From: Felis catus
Taxonomy: Eukaryota
Length of the DNA stretch: 64,000 bases
Assembly (NCBI RefSeq): GCF_018350175.1
Contig: NC_058368.1
Span: forward strand, 147,190,001 to 147,254,000
Direction: 5' to 3'
In this document: in pieces, positions 14,105 to 28,177 of the stretch
How the letters are laid out: every line of letters begins with the position of its first letter
How positions within the stretch are numbered: the stretch's first letter is position 1
Program-made: the position numbers and the translations under genes
Notes under the pieces: model-generated
Seen by the model: the letters and a program-made list of their open reading frames with translations, nothing else
Told to the model about the DNA's origin: nothing
Database searches by the model: none

Positions 14105-15276
14105 GTATACTAACAATGCAGTAGCAGAAAGAGAAACTAAGGAAACAATTCCATTTACAATTGCACCAAAAATAATCAAATACCTAGGAATAAGCTTAAC
14201 TAAGTTGGTGAAAGATCTGTACACAAAGAAATGAAAAGCTATGTTCATAGATTGAAAGAACCAGTACTGTTAAAATGTCCATACTACTACCCAAAGCAAT
14301 CTACGGATTAAATGGAATCCCTGTCAAAATACCAACAATTTGCATGGAACCACAAATGACTCTGAACAGCTGTTGAAAAGAACAAAGCTGAAGGTATCAC
14401 AGTCCCAGATTTCAAGTCACACTACAAAGCTATAGTAATGAAAACAATATGGTACCGACACATAGATCAAAGGAACAGAATAGAGAGTCCAGAAATAAAC
14501 CCACTCTCATATGGTCAATTAATCTACTGCAAAGGAGAGAAGAACATACAATGAGGAAAAAGACAGTCTTTTCAACAAATGGTGTTGGGAAAACTGGACA
14601 GCCAAATGCAAAAGAATGAAACTGGACCACTTTCTTTCACCGTACACAAATATAAACTCAAGAGACTCACTCAAGATCTAAATATAAGACCTGAAGCCAT
14701 TCCTCTAAGAAATTCCTCTAAGACATTCCTCTAAATTTCCTCTAAGAAAACACAGGCAGCAATTTCTTTGACATCAGCCAAGGAGACATTTTTCTAGATG
14801 TGTCTCCTCTGGTAAGGTAAACAACAGTAAAATTAAACTACTGGATCCACACCAAAATAAAAAGCTTCTGCAGAGTGAAGGAAACTATCAACAAAATGAC
14901 AAGGCAACCTACTGAATGGGAAAAGATATTTGCAAATGATATATTCAATAATATATAAATAATTTACACAACTCAACACCAAACAAAATAATACAATAAA
15001 AAATGGTCAGAGGATCTGAATAGACAGCTTTCCAAAGAAGACATACAGATGGCCAAAAACACATGAAAAGATGCTCGACAACATCAGAAAAATACGAATT
15101 AAAACCACAGTGAGACATCACTTTACACCTGTCAGAATGGCTAAAATAAAAAAGACAAGAAGTAACAAATGTTGGTGAGGATGTGGAGAAAAAGGAACCA
15201 TTGTGTGATGTTGGGATGCAAACTGGTGTAGCTGCCGTGGAAAACAGTAAGGATGTTTCCCAAAAAATCAAAATTA

Positions 15277-15327
<51 letters not shown>

Positions 15328-15846
15328 CAGTAACTTCACTACTGGGTGTTTACCCAAAGAAAATGAAAACACTAATCTAAAAAGATATATGCACCTGTTT
15401 ATTGCATCATTATTTACAATGGCCAAGATATGGAAGCAACCTAAGTGTCCACTGAGAGTTCACTGAGAGATGAATGGAAAAAGTAGGTGTGTGGCACACA
15501 GACACACACACACACAGGCACACACACACAGGAATATTACTCAGCCACAAAAAGAATGAGATCTTGCCATTTGTAACAACATGGATGGACCTAGAAGGTA
15601 TAATGCTAAGTGAAATAAGGCAGTCAGAGAAAGGCAAATGCCATATGATTTTATTTCTATGGGGAATTTAAGAAACAAAATAAATGGACAAAGTAAAAAA
15701 GAGACACAAAGTACAGACAGATACAGAGAACAAACCGGTGGTTGCTAAGGAGGGAGGTGAAATAGGTAAAGAGGATTAAGCATGCACTTATCCTGATGAG
15801 CATTGAGCAATGTATAGAATTGTTTAAATATACTCGAATAAAAAAG
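14105..15846 (+). mobile_element. 5'-truncated, disrupted carnivore-type LINE-1 (ORF2 C-terminal part plus 3'UTR)
   Basis: ORF track shows L1 ORF2 motifs TIPFTIAPKIIKYLGISLTKLVKDLY and KKNEILPFVTTWMDLEGIMLSEIRQSEK; also caacaaatggtgttgggaaaactgg. Many stops, frameshifts and deletions. Confidence 0.95.
15281..15325. repeat. (TA)n microsatellite inside the L1
   Basis: Read directly. Confidence 0.96.
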
Positions 15847-18537
15847 GACATCTGATTAACATTCGGGCAGAAAATTTACTAGCTGAATTTCGTAAAAACA
15901 TTCGCAGATAACATTGAACACTAAGTATGATAACTCTGGGAGTGCAGCTATAGGCTTATCTTCCACTGGATCTACTTATTTTAGTGATGTTTTGTTCCCA
16001 GATTTCACCATTGAAATCTAGTATTGACATGATTTGTAAACTGCTTTTCTCCATGTTAAACTCAGGATTAAAAATAATGAAGCACATCTTATGACACTGC
16101 TTTTTCTAAAATACTGTTATTATAACACATTATGAGAGCAAAATAGGATTTTTGTGTCATTTAAAATGGTATATAGTAAGACAAGATGTAAATGTAAAAG
16201 TGTTATTTATTCATCTTTGTTTATTCTTTAAAATAGTATTTTTGGGTATATGTTGTAATGCACACATTAACACTTAAATTGTATGTGTCTCTGCTTTATA
16301 AAAAAGTAAACTTATTTTGAGATGTAAAAAAACCAGTGCTAATAAAACCTCAACAAATGCAATGAAAAATAGGATCATGTTCTGCTATTTTTCTTACACA
16401 TGGAAGTAGAGATCAAAACTCAGTAGAAAGGTCAGGAATGGGCATTCAGGGAAAATAGCTCCTTAATAGCTTTTATTTCAAAAAGCTTCATCTTTACCAT
16501 ACAAGAGGAAAAAAGTATATCTTTTGAAACCAATAAGCCATTAGCTCAGGGTTCTGAACATTTTTTATATTCCAGACCCTTTTATTAGTCTGTTGAAGAC
16601 TAGAAGCTCTTTTCAGAGTAATTCTGTTTAGTGTATAAAATGAAATATACAGAAACATAGTGTTATTATCAAAATATTTTAAAAAATGGGTGATACATTA
16701 ATATTATGTGCTTATCTATTAACACATTAAGTAACAGAGTTAGTGGTAGATCTACTGTAGTTTCATGTTGGTAAAGATATAAATGTTTTTTCGGTTATGT
16801 GCAACAAGGACAATGTGGTATATAATTATCTGATTTCTATTAGTCACAAAGACATTGGTGCTGTTAATATTATGATCTGCTGTTTGCCTGCATTTGTAAT
16901 TTATGGAGATTCTATATTTCAGGTAGCCCTTTTGGTTTTCCTATCAAAGGATACAGACATCCTGAACTCCATCCATCCGTCCTTTCATGGTCCTGTACCC
17001 TTGGTTAAAAACTCCATGAAGTGCCTCAAAGGGTGGGACTGAGAACATCCTTATATTAATCTCTGTTGGAAAGTGTTCACGTTCTGTTAAACTGAAAACT
17101 ATTCACAAAAGGAGAATCCACGAATAATTCTAATGGGAAAGGAAATGGCATTATTAAGTTACTGCTGAGGGGATGTGAAGCAATATTTATATACCAAGTA
17201 GTCACTTTATGGATGTTTAAAAAATTGTGTGTCTGCCTGAGTGTACCAGAGAAAATATAAAGTGAATTTTATATTGAACAAACCACCATGAATATCCTTG
17301 GGTTTCTTGGAGCTAAGAGCTGCAGTTCAATTTCTTGGTATTTTGTAGTTAGATAATAGTGCTGAGTATTTATAGGCTTCCTTATATAACTATAGTTCTA
17401 TCCATTTTTCTTGTCAGAAGAGTTTATTTTCTGTCCCTGCTCCTGTTTTCCTTGAATTTTAGTATTGGATTTACGGACTTTGCTCTGGCTCTACTTCTTT
17501 TTATAGAACCATATTCCTCAAGTTCAATTTATTTTTAAGTTGGATACTTTATGTGTCCATTCCCTTTAGAGCTCTAAAAAGAATGTGTATTATTGACCAG
17601 ATAAAGCTATTAAGGTAACTATTATGAAATTTATTTTTAGGTCCTAGGCCACCTTAATGGCTCTTTGGGGTCTAAGATATGCTCAGAGTAAGGTGCACCA
17701 TAACCTGGGAGGAGCGTCTGTGGCTCTATTTCTCATTCAACACCTGCTCAATCTGGAATAGGTGCAATCTGGCATTCTTTTTCTACCACCCACTGTAATT
17801 ATTTAAGGGCCATTAATGGCTTGAGACTCCAAATTAAAAAGTCTTTTCTTAAGTACCCATTACCCTGACCAGCTCCTATTTTGGAAACATTCTTTTCCTT
17901 GCTCTCTCCATGTTTTTCTTTTCTTCCAACTTTTCTGATTATGCTTTTATTTCATTTTTTTTTGGTACCTTTGCAGATAGAATTTCTTTACCTGACTTAA
18001 ATTCTATCTTTAGCAATCTTATACTTTTATACACTTTGACTCGCTCCTTCAGCAATCCCCGTTCAGTCTTACGACTTCACCATTTTCATGTGATCCCTGA
18101 ATCTGAATCTTAATTACCAATGCTTCCCTGAGATATCATCTACCTGCTTTTTAATAACTAGCTTACCAAGATGTGTCAATTGTATTTACAATTCAGTATG
18201 CCTTCTGAAGGAAAGAGATCTGTTGTGCCTCTATCTTTCAGTTTAAGGAGATTTCTTTGAAGATGAAATTGGAAACATATATGTGGCTCTTTGTCTTACA
18301 TACTGCTGGAAGCCATCGCTTTCGAGTCTATGATTTGATGGAAAACTGTGGCTGGGGTCGTGCCAGTTGTTGGCATCACTGCTCAACTTAGCTCCATTCT
18401 TTCTAGTAAAATCATTATTGTAATTATTTGAAACCCTTGGGATTTCAAGAAATCATGGAAAATTGTACATTTTGGCAAAATATCAAAATTCATATATGTT
18501 ATTTCCTTTCTCCTACTTAAGAAAAGCACTTCTTTCC

Positions 18538-18758
18538 TTTTTTTAGAGTTTGAGAAACAGAGAGAGAGAGAGATAGACAGACAGAGACAGAGATAGTGCG
18601 AGCAGGGGTCAGAGGAGAGAGAAAGAGAGAATCCCAAGCAGGTTCTGCACTGTTAGTGCAGAGCCCAATGCGGGGCTTAATCCCATGAGCCGTGAGATCA
18701 TGACCTTAGCCGAAATCAAGAGTTGGATGCTTAACCAACCAAGCCACCCAAGTGCCCC
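18538..18758 (-). mobile_element. CanSINE
   Basis: gagaatcccaagcaggttctgcac...aagccaccccaagtgcccc; degenerate TSD aaaagca(c/t)tt(c/a)tttc. Confidence 0.93.
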
Positions 18759-20356
18759 AAAAGCATTTATTTCTGCTGTTTGGTGGATGTGATAGAGACC
18801 ATTGTAGTTTGTGCCTGAAATTTCTCCACTATGAAATAACCATTTCATCCTCACTTTGAAAATTCAAAACCAAAATTTCACCAAAGCACCCCATAATCCA
18901 TGTTAACATGTGTAGAAGATAATGAAGAGCTCACAAACTACATTTTAGACATGTTCAAACCATAAATTTATCAGATGACTTCTTTTTTAGAGGTTTCCTT
19001 ATAGATTTTATTTTTTATTGTATGCACTTTATTTGGGTTCTTCCTTTTTTCTTCTCTTTTTCTTTTTAAATGTTTATATGGGGAGGAATAGTGATGTTTG
19101 GAAAGATTGATATTTTCAATCTGAGAAAAATACTATACTTGTCAATCATACCATTTTAAATTTTATGAGGATGAAATCAAGTTGTCCTTTTCCCAAACTC
19201 TCCTAATCTCTGCAGGCTTCATCTTTTTTTGTCTTTGAAATAGGAAATATTAAAGTGAGTTTTAGCCTGGAGTATAAATGCAAGACTAAATTTTAATCCC
19301 TGGACATGTGCAGGTTAGCACATAATGGGAATGTTAGTATAATTTTAAAATCAAGAAGATGTTACTGGATGTTTCAGTAGTTATTTGCAACTAAGTACAA
19401 AGCTGTCAGGTAATGAGAATCTGATTTGATTTGTTAGAGGTATTTAGCAAATCCTAGAGGGTCTATTTGAGCATTTTGCAGATATTTTTTCTATCTTTCC
19501 TTTATTAGATTATCACTTGAAGGTACAGCAGGTAAACTTTCAAAGTGTGAGATGTCTGTACAAAACTGTTGGGCAACATTTGGGAAAATATACCCAGAGG
19601 CATCTGATTGAAGATGAAACTTCCATGTCAGACACAGAAAATCCAATTCGGTTTTGTCATTGAGTCAATTTTTTGTGTTTATTATTGCAAGGACTTCATC
19701 CTGCAGTAATGTTGGAATCGTTTCTTTCCTTGAGGGCTACTGATATACTTGCACAGTATTCTGTTCCGTTTTTTTTTTTTTTTATTTATTCCACATCTTT
19801 TTAAAAATAATGTGAGAAATTAAGTGACAATAATTAGCTATACTCAAGTATTTATAGTCATGGTCATTTCCGTTTATATCTCTACATATTTATGGGTAGA
19901 TTTTAAATGTTATATAACTTGGATTTAACATTATATGATTAATCCTAAATGTAAACGTTTTGTCAATCCATAGTTGATTTCTTTATTTTTTTATTGTTCA
20001 CAAAAGGCGACAGCTTGAGGCAAATTGTCCTTTTCCTATTAGATTTCTGGATTAATTCCTAATTTTATGTATTTCAAGGAAAGGAATCTTAAATTTATGT
20101 CAGGTAATGCTTTAAGAGACAAAAATCATTGCTAAAACATGGCATTTAAAGTTTCAAAACAGAGCAGTTTTATCTGGAATAAATCTAGGGTTTAAGTTAA
20201 TGATTTTTTTTTGCTTTTTTTTGATTTCTTGCTATATTTACAAAAATTAAAGTCTGTTTTGGTGTTTTAAAAATCTCTTGTGGTTGCACAAAAAGCTCAT
20301 GAGATGGATTTTTAATATACATTGTTTATATACATTAAATATTAGGGTCAACTGTG

Positions 20357-20570
20357 TTTTTTTTCTAAAAATTTTTTAATGCTTATTTATTTTTGAGAGA
20401 TAGATCATGGGCAGGGGAGGGGCAGAGAGAGAGAAAGACATAGAATCCAAAGCAGGCTCTGGGCTCTGAACTGTCAGCACAAAGCCCGACATGGGGCTCA
20501 AACTCACAAACCGCGAGATCATGACCTGAGCCGAGGTTGGATGCTTAATGGACTGAGCCACCCAGGAGCT
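20357..20570 (-). mobile_element. CanSINE
   Basis: Full body; gtcaactg repeated on both flanks. Confidence 0.93.
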
Positions 20571-20759
20571 TGTCAACTGGTATTGACCCTACATTTTCAG
20601 GGCTTAAAAGTTAAGTGATCATCCTACAAATCTCATCACATGATCACACAGCAATTGAAATAATTCACTAAAAATTAAGGTTCTAATGGACAAAGGGTTT
20701 ATTTATCCTTGTGCACATTATCTTTCTTATGAATTCACCCTCCATTTGGTACCTACTAT

Positions 20760-21010
20760 ACATTCTTCTGGTCTCAGATTAAATGTCATTTCCTTAAATC
20801 CCCAAAACAGAACAGGCACCTCTGTCATAGCTTCCTTTACTTTTCAATCATAGCACTCATCATGCTTTATATTTAGATATTATATAATTGTTGTTTTTTC
20901 TGCTACTAATCTGTATACTCCATGAAAGTAGGAACTGAATTTATTTTAATACCATTTTTCCAGCTCTAGAGGGTGGCTACTGTTGGATGTAATTTGGTGG
21001 ATGAATTAAT
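20760..21010 (+). mobile_element. L2 3' fragment
   Basis: tctcagattaaatgtcatttcc...ctgtatactccatgaaagtaggaactg...ggtggatgaattaat. Confidence 0.55.
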
Positions 21011-21824
21011 TCATTCATATATGTTTTCCATACCTTGTCAAAGTTATGTTAAGAGAAAAAAATCAATAAATATTTGTGGCCAGTTTATTTGATCACATGA
21101 CTAAATGAATAGATGTACTATATTATAATGCTGGACTCTGCAATTTTCTTATTAAAATTAGTTGTGCATTAATTCTAATTTTCCCTATAGGTACCTCTTA
21201 TTTTTAAAATTCTTTAGTTTATATCAGAATTTGTTTATATTTTGCTTTTGGATCTATGTCATACCTGGATATAGCAGAATAGGAATTTAGTGTTATATGG
21301 TATAACATCTATTTGATCATCTATGTAAGGCAAGAAAATACTGGAAGTTTTCATCCCACCACTGGTTTCTTCTAACCATTCACTAAAATACTTGATCAAA
21401 TAGCAGTGATAGCTTACAATAACTGCAAACAAAAAAATATAGATTAAGAAATGAAATTAGATGTTTGTGGGTCAAAAGTATGTGATGATGTCATTTTTTC
21501 AAAAATCAAAGCAACATCTATCTTAGGTTTGGTTGAATTAACAATATTTGTTAAAAATTATATTAATGCCACAGGATTTCCTAAATTTATGTACTACTAA
21601 TGCATGGTATGCAAGACATTATAGCTGACTTTTACACAAGTTGTTCTCAAATACATACAGTTAGTAACTAAAGATAGGTTAGTTGTATGAGTATATAAAA
21701 AAATTCCAAATTGCACAAAATTATAAAAAAAAAAGAAAAAAGATGGGATCACTAGCATGGGCTTTTCAAATAACTCAAATACCCTTGTGACATTTTATTT
21801 ATTAATGCAATTATTTGTTTATTT

Positions 21825-22275
21825 ACATTTACTGACCTACAATTTTACTAGGTACTCTGTATATGCTATTAATTTAATTTCTTTTTGATGTTTATTTATT
21901 TTTGAGAGAGAAAGAGACAGAATGTGAGTGGGTTAGGGGCAGAGAGAGAGGGAGACATAGAATCTGAAGCAGGCTCCAGGCTCTGAGCTGTCAGCAAAGA
22001 TCCCGACGTGGGACTTGAACTCACAAACCGTGAGATCATGACCGGAGCCAAAGTCGGATGCTCAACCAACTGAACCACCCAGGCTCCCCATATGCTATTA
22101 ATTTTAATCTATCCATTAATATAAACCAAATGGTATTATTAACTTCATTTAAAGATGCAGAATCTGAGGCCCAGAAAGGGCAACTAACTTATCCAGACAT
22201 TTAATTATAAAGAGGAAAAGCAGAGTTGATGACCCAGTTGTATCTGAATGCAAAACCTGTACTCTTTCCTCTTAC
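21825..22275 (-). mobile_element. MIR interrupted by a CanSINE
   Basis: catttactgacctac...ggtactctgtatatgctatt, then after the SINE ttattaacttcatttaaagatgcagaatctgaggcccagaaagggcaactaactt (MIR core). Confidence 0.65.
21876..22089 (-). mobile_element. CanSINE with perfect 15-bp TSD
   Basis: TSD atatgctattaattt at 21861-21875 and 22090-22104. Confidence 0.96.
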
Positions 22276-22374
22276 TCTTCGGATACTCCCCAAGGCCACT
22301 CCTCAAGTGCAAATGTTCTTAAAGTGTAAACTGTAACGAACAGTGTTCCTTTCATCCTTTAAGGAGCAGGATCA

Positions 22375-22610
22375 ATCATGCTTAGGAATGCAGGCTCTGT
22401 AGCTGCCACGCTAGGGGGTAAGGCCAGGCTGTGCAGTTCACTAGCCATGTGAACATGAGAACTTACACAAACCATTCACTCAGTGCGCTCTGTTTTCTCT
22501 GTAAAATGGAGCCAGTGATAAACAGAACCCACCACAAAGAGTGTTAAGAGGATTAAATAAAATAACATTTAAAGTACTTAAGACAGTCTTAGCACACAGT
22601 AAGTTAAAAG
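22375..22610 (+). mobile_element. MIR
   Basis: cactagccatgtgaacatgag...ctctgttttctctgtaaaatgga...gaggattaaataaaataacatttaaagtacttaagacagt...gcacacagtaag. Confidence 0.8.
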
Positions 22611-24811
22611 TCTCAATTAAAAACATGAGCATATGATCATTAGTTGGTGATAAAATATTAAGATTATAGCAGAGTGTTTAGTTATTTACAAAAGCAATAA
22701 TGAAGTGTTGAGGATAGAAAAATAAATATCACATAATTTAATTATTTATAAAACGTTTTGGCAATTTTCACCGCGTAAGCCTGGACTTATATAAATACTT
22801 GGAAGCACTGCCATCAAAAGAAAGATACACATGTACATTTATATAGTACATGGTTGTGTATTTGTACATACTAGCTCATCTGTAATGAAGGCTTAAAAAG
22901 AGTTACAAAGAAATGAAGATATAGAAATGTCAGTTCACAGTTTTTTAAAATATATTCACATGTATCATCATCTCTTGCCCTGATTACTTTATAGGTAGAA
23001 TTCTTAAAGTAAAGCTATAGAATTATCTAGATTATTATATGTAATTAAAAAAAAAACTGGATGACCATCATATTTAGAAACATCCCTTTATCGTCAAAGA
23101 TTTTAGCTTTCATTTTTAATAAAACTCTCTGAAACCATCCAAGTCCTAATACTTTCTGGCATAATAGTTTGGGGATGTTGCATTATAAGAGATCCCTTGG
23201 TAACTATCTTAATTTCCAGAAATAGTACCAGTGATGAAAATGAATTTGAGTGCCATTTCTGAAATTTAATCATGTCACATTTAAACACCCAGCAGGGAAC
23301 TGTATATGGCTATTGTGGGCCACATAGTCCAATCAATGAAAATAATCCTGGTTATTTTTAGATTAGTTAACTAAAGTGCTATCACTTTCCATTGTGCTCA
23401 CTTTAGTATAAACATCCCATTGTGTTAAATGTACACAGTAAAGCATATCTGTTCTTATAAGAATACATTTCTCTTGCCTGTTCATGATCATTTCCTTCCA
23501 AGCTGTGTAAGAAAATGGCTGAACATTTGAGCTTGTATCATTAGGAACAATAAGGGGATATAAATTAGGACTTTATAATTAGAAGAATTGCCTGTCGTAC
23601 TGTAATAAATAGTATGGGCATATCTACATGATTTTCACATATCATTCAAATGCAACTTCAATTAAAATTAAAGATAATCAAAATTAAATTCCCTGCAATA
23701 AATAAATGAAAAATAAAACTAAAAACAACTGAGATCTGCCAAATTAAGTAATAAATTGAACAGTATCCGGAAATCTAAGCTGAAATATTTAAATCAAAAG
23801 TATTATTGCCTTAGCCTACCTATAAATATAATTTGCAAATAATTATTGGAAAAATTTTAGGCAGATTTTTGTCCAGTATTAAAACTTTTGTTATCAGTAT
23901 TTGAAATACTAAACTAATTGAAAATGTTTAATAGGTGACTGATTTGCATAATAATTATTACTACATATTTGGGCATCATGTCATCATAGATAGGATTAGA
24001 TATAAACATTACTTTTACGTAAAAACACCTAGTAGCCATATTAATTAAAAACATACATTCAAGAATTCATATAGATTTTAAATAATGTTTATTAAAGTAG
24101 TGTCTTAAACATTTTGGTTTAACTGTTTAACTGAAAATTTAAAAATATATTTTGGTTTTAAAAATGTAGTATATCACTAATATTCAAAATATTTCAGTGA
24201 ATTCCACTAGCAAAGGTAGTCTTAATAAATTTCCTAATATTGAAGGGTGAGTAAAACTGAAGGAAAGGCAGAGTAAGGTTAAGATCTGAGAAAAGCAAAT
24301 CTTTTTGATGATAAGTACACAGACACTGAGATCAGTCTGTCAACACCATTTAAATAATTATATCCAAAATTACCACTTTTACATTTTCAAGCATTACTAC
24401 TGGTACTAGTTAGATCACAGCACTAATAAATGTTTACTGATATTAGAAATGGATAGGAAATAAATAAGTAATCTAAGATAAAATTATCAAGATGTCTGCA
24501 AGCAGAATGGTCTACATAGAGGAACAGAGTGCCTGTTTACTTGTCTTATTTAAAAGCCATTTGCATAATCCTACTGCAAAATAGAGTTATAAAAGATTTT
24601 ATCAAATCAAAGGAAAACAATTCAACTTGTAGTATCATTTACTGAGTACCAATTAATATACCAAATTATATTTCATTACACTGGCAAAAACAGCTTTAGA
24701 ATACTGTTCCAAAAATGAGAAGTAGACAAAAAAATAACTTGGTAGTTATGGTAGTTGAGGGCAATGAAAAATCAGATACTATTCCTATACTTAAAGAACT
24801 CAGAATGCAAG

Positions 24812-25480
24812 GTTCATTCATTCATTCATTCAGCAAATGTCTATTGAGCGCTTACTGTTTGCTAGTACTCTTTGGCAACTGTGATTATAACAGAACAATT
24901 TCTCCCTCGTGGAGGATATACTCCACTGGAAGAATTTTCAATAAACAATATATAAAAGTACAAATATGATATGTTAATGACCAATGCTAAGGAGAAAAAC
25001 TGTAAGAGGGAAAGGGGTGGGTGTGTTTTGGTGTGTTGAGATAGGGAGGTAGAGAGACTGAGAAAAGCCTCACTGAGAGGATGTCTTTATGCCAAGACCC
25101 AAAGGAAGTATGGGGTATTCGTAACATCATAACAGAATATTACAGAAAAGGGGAGACGGGAAAGGAAATGCTGTGGGGCAGGGATGTGCCAGGTGTGTGC
25201 CTGGAACAGCTAGGAGGCCAGTGGGGGCTGGAAGAGCACATGAAAAAGTGAGAGTCCCATGAGATGTGGTCACAGAGGTGAGCAAATAGGGCAGAGATAT
25301 AGGCAGGGCCTATTGACCTCAGGAAACAGGGAGACTGTAATTTTTTCTCTGTGTGAGATGAGAAGTTGGTGGAAGATTTTGAGCTGCTAGGTGATGCACG
25401 TTGACTTTTGCTTTAACAGGCTACCTCTGGCAGTGGAGTTAAGAACAGACAATGTTAAGAAGCACATGCAGAAGGAAGGA
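24812..25480 (-). mobile_element. L2 fragment
   Basis: Starts with ttcattcattcattcagcaaatgtctattgagcgcttactg (reverse L2 tail), followed by a purine-rich L2 body. Confidence 0.8.
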
Positions 25481-26937
25481 AGGACCTCTCCCTAGCAAAA
25501 TGGTCTAGTGGATACCTTTTACATCTTTGAAAAATTATTTTTCTGTCACCTCCCTTGCCTTACAATTCTCTTCCCATAAGTAACAACAAATTCCTCCTGG
25601 AAGGAGGGAGAGAGAGAAAGAGACAGAGACAGTGTGTGTGCGGGCATTTCCTGGGATGCTCAGCATGGATTCAGATTCACCTCTTTCCCTTCTCCTTTTT
25701 CTTTTCCATACTCTTTCTAAAGTCTGTCAGCTAGCTTCTGCTCCTCTTTACCATTTCATCTGTTTCCGTCTCATGTTTCCATTTATTTATATTTCCATTT
25801 GTGAAATGAGAGGGGGTAGAGAAGTGGGGTGAGAGGAAGAAGCAGCAGAATGCATAGTAAGTCCAGGTTTTTGTTCCCTTATGTAGTGCTCTCTCATTAA
25901 ACAGTCATTTAAACATAATTATTCTTTTCAGATCACAAAGGTATCATAAGCCTTATAAATTCAAAATATACTGAAGAATAAAGATGAAGACACGACTCAA
26001 CTATAATATGATAAATATCAAGTTACTTATTTCCTTTGTGGGGAAGTTCTGTGCATGGTTTTGATGGATTTTTTCCTTCTGTTGTGTTTAATTTTAGTGA
26101 CTTGAAAGACATCACAAACTAAGGATAAGAAATATTTTCCTTTCATGTTTATTGTAAATATATCCCCAGTTGATTATTTGTGTTTATAGTTTACTATTTT
26201 TGTACAGGTTTTTTTAGTCATTTCTGTTCTTCTGCAATATCTTTCATTATTTATTATTTGGGAGGGTATTGAGAATGATTTCATCTTAAAATATAGCAGA
26301 ACTTAATTAATACATCAGTAGATATAAGAAAGTAGTGGAAGGAGTGAAGTAATATGAGTGCAGATACCCAAGAGGAGAGTGAAGGGGGTTTGGATTTGAA
26401 TATAAGCATGCCAGCATTTCAATACTGTGTCCTCTGTCCCACCCAGCAGTTAGTCTCCATCATTCCCCCTTTCCTCTTCCTCCTGAAATATCTGCAGAAA
26501 CAAATGGCTTCTCTGCCATAACTGTAGGCATTATCCGACCCAATGGTACCCCTGAGGTACATGACAGAAGGCTCATAAGAAAGTTTATAAATCTTATTCC
26601 AGAGTGGAAGTTGGGAAAATTGATTATAATCTCTGTACTGTCAACTCCCAAGATCCTAACCTCGATCATCTTAGGGCTGGCACTGCCTGGAACCTGCAGG
26701 TGTTTCTGTGTGCCCTGTAGTGAGTGAATACAGTACGTTCTCAATGTGTAGTACTACATCATCTTTGGGGAAGAATGCACCTTTTTACTCTGGATTTTCT
26801 AAAAATTCTAAGAAGCCACACTAAAAAGCAGAGCCATATTCCTATAAACCTAAACAGTAGGGAGATAAACAATCTTTATTTTTATTCTAAATGCTTGCAA
26901 AACAATACAATAAACACAAATACACCAATAAGAAAAT

Positions 26938-26977
26938 ATTTTATTTATTTTTTATGTTTACTTATTTATTTTGAGAG

Positions 26978-27009
<32 letters not shown>

Positions 27010-27168
27010 ACAGGGGGAGGGGCAGAGAGAGAGGGAGAGGAAGAATCCCAAGCAGGCTCTATGCTGTCAGTGCAGAGCCCGATGTGGGGCTCAAATTCAT
27101 GAGCTGTGAGAGCATGACCTGAACTGAAATCAAGAGTCAGACACTTAACAGACAGCCATCCAGGCACC
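26938..27168 (-). mobile_element. CanSINE containing a (GT)n expansion
   Basis: gaatcccaagcaggctctatgctgtcagtgcagagcccgatgtggggctc; (GT)n at about 26981-27009. Confidence 0.93.
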
Positions 27169-27334
27169 TGGACATGTTTTAGAGTGTATCCTAAGTGACT
27201 CTTTTTTATCTTTTTTGTTAGGGCACAGAGATGAATAGAAGAAATGTAGAATGTCAGAGCATATGATGGGTTAGAAAATCACTACTGCATTTGTGTTCAA
27301 AGAGAAGCCTGAGTTTAAATATAAAGATTATATA

Positions 27335-27556
27335 GGGGCACATGGGTGGCTCATTCATTTGAGCATCTGACTTTGGCTTAGGCCATGATCTCGGAGCTCG
27401 TGAGTTCGGGCTCTGCATTGGGCTCTGTGCTGACAGCTTAGAGCCTGAAGTCTTTGGATTCTGTGTTTCTCTCTCTGCCCTCCCCACCATGCCCCACTTG
27501 TGCTCTGTCTCTCTGTCTCTCCCTCAAAAATAAATAAACATTAAAAATTTTAAAAA
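27335..27556 (+). mobile_element. CanSINE (antisense to EDIL3)
   Basis: ggggcacatgggtggctcatt...ctcaaaaataaataaacattaaaaa; partial TSD tatatag. Confidence 0.93.
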
Positions 27557-27600
27557 TACTATATAGATATAAAACTAAATCAAAGAAAACAAAGAATTTT

Positions 27601-27809
27601 TTTTTAACATTTTTATTTATTTATGGGACAGAGAGAGACAGAGCATGAACGGGGGAGGGGCAGAGAGAGAGGGAGACACAGAATCGGAAACAGGCTCCAG
27701 GCTCCGAGCCATCAGCCCAGAGCCCGACGCGGGGCTCGAACTCACGGACCGCGAGATCGTGACCTGGCTGAAGTCGGACGCTTAACCGACTGCGCCACCC
27801 AGGCGCCCC
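27601..27809 (-). mobile_element. Young felid SINE (SINEC_Fc type) with perfect 17-bp TSD
   Basis: CpG-rich, near-consensus body; TSD agaaaacaaagaatttt at 27584-27600 and 27810-27826. Confidence 0.97.
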
Positions 27810-28132
27810 AGAAAACAAAGAATTTTATTAAACATAATAGCAAACACTGATTGGAAGACACTAGATAACAAACTGGTGGCAATTAAGTTCAAAGTCTATT
27901 TCAAAATGTCTTTCCATCATCAATCAAGTTTCTTTCTTTTCAAGGGTATTTTTAGATGTGTTGACCTCAGTAAAATCTATGATGGAGGGATAAAATAGGC
28001 TTTAGTCATCTAGTTCAAATTGGCTTTAGTCATCAGTTACAACATCTAGTTCACATCCAGGTCTCCTCCCATTTTCAATCTATAGGCAACAGACTGTCCA
28101 ATTGCTCCTTGACTAGCACAGGAGGGCAAGGG

Positions 28133-28135
<3 letters not shown>

Positions 28136-28174
<39 letters not shown>
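28136..28174. repeat. (CA)n microsatellite
   Basis: Read directly. Confidence 0.96.

Positions 28175-28177
<3 letters not shown>

Noticed and set aside
13989..15671. Reverse-transcriptase-associated peptides suggesting an active RT system
   Set aside because: Fragments of a truncated, frameshifted LINE-1 ORF2; no intact ORF.
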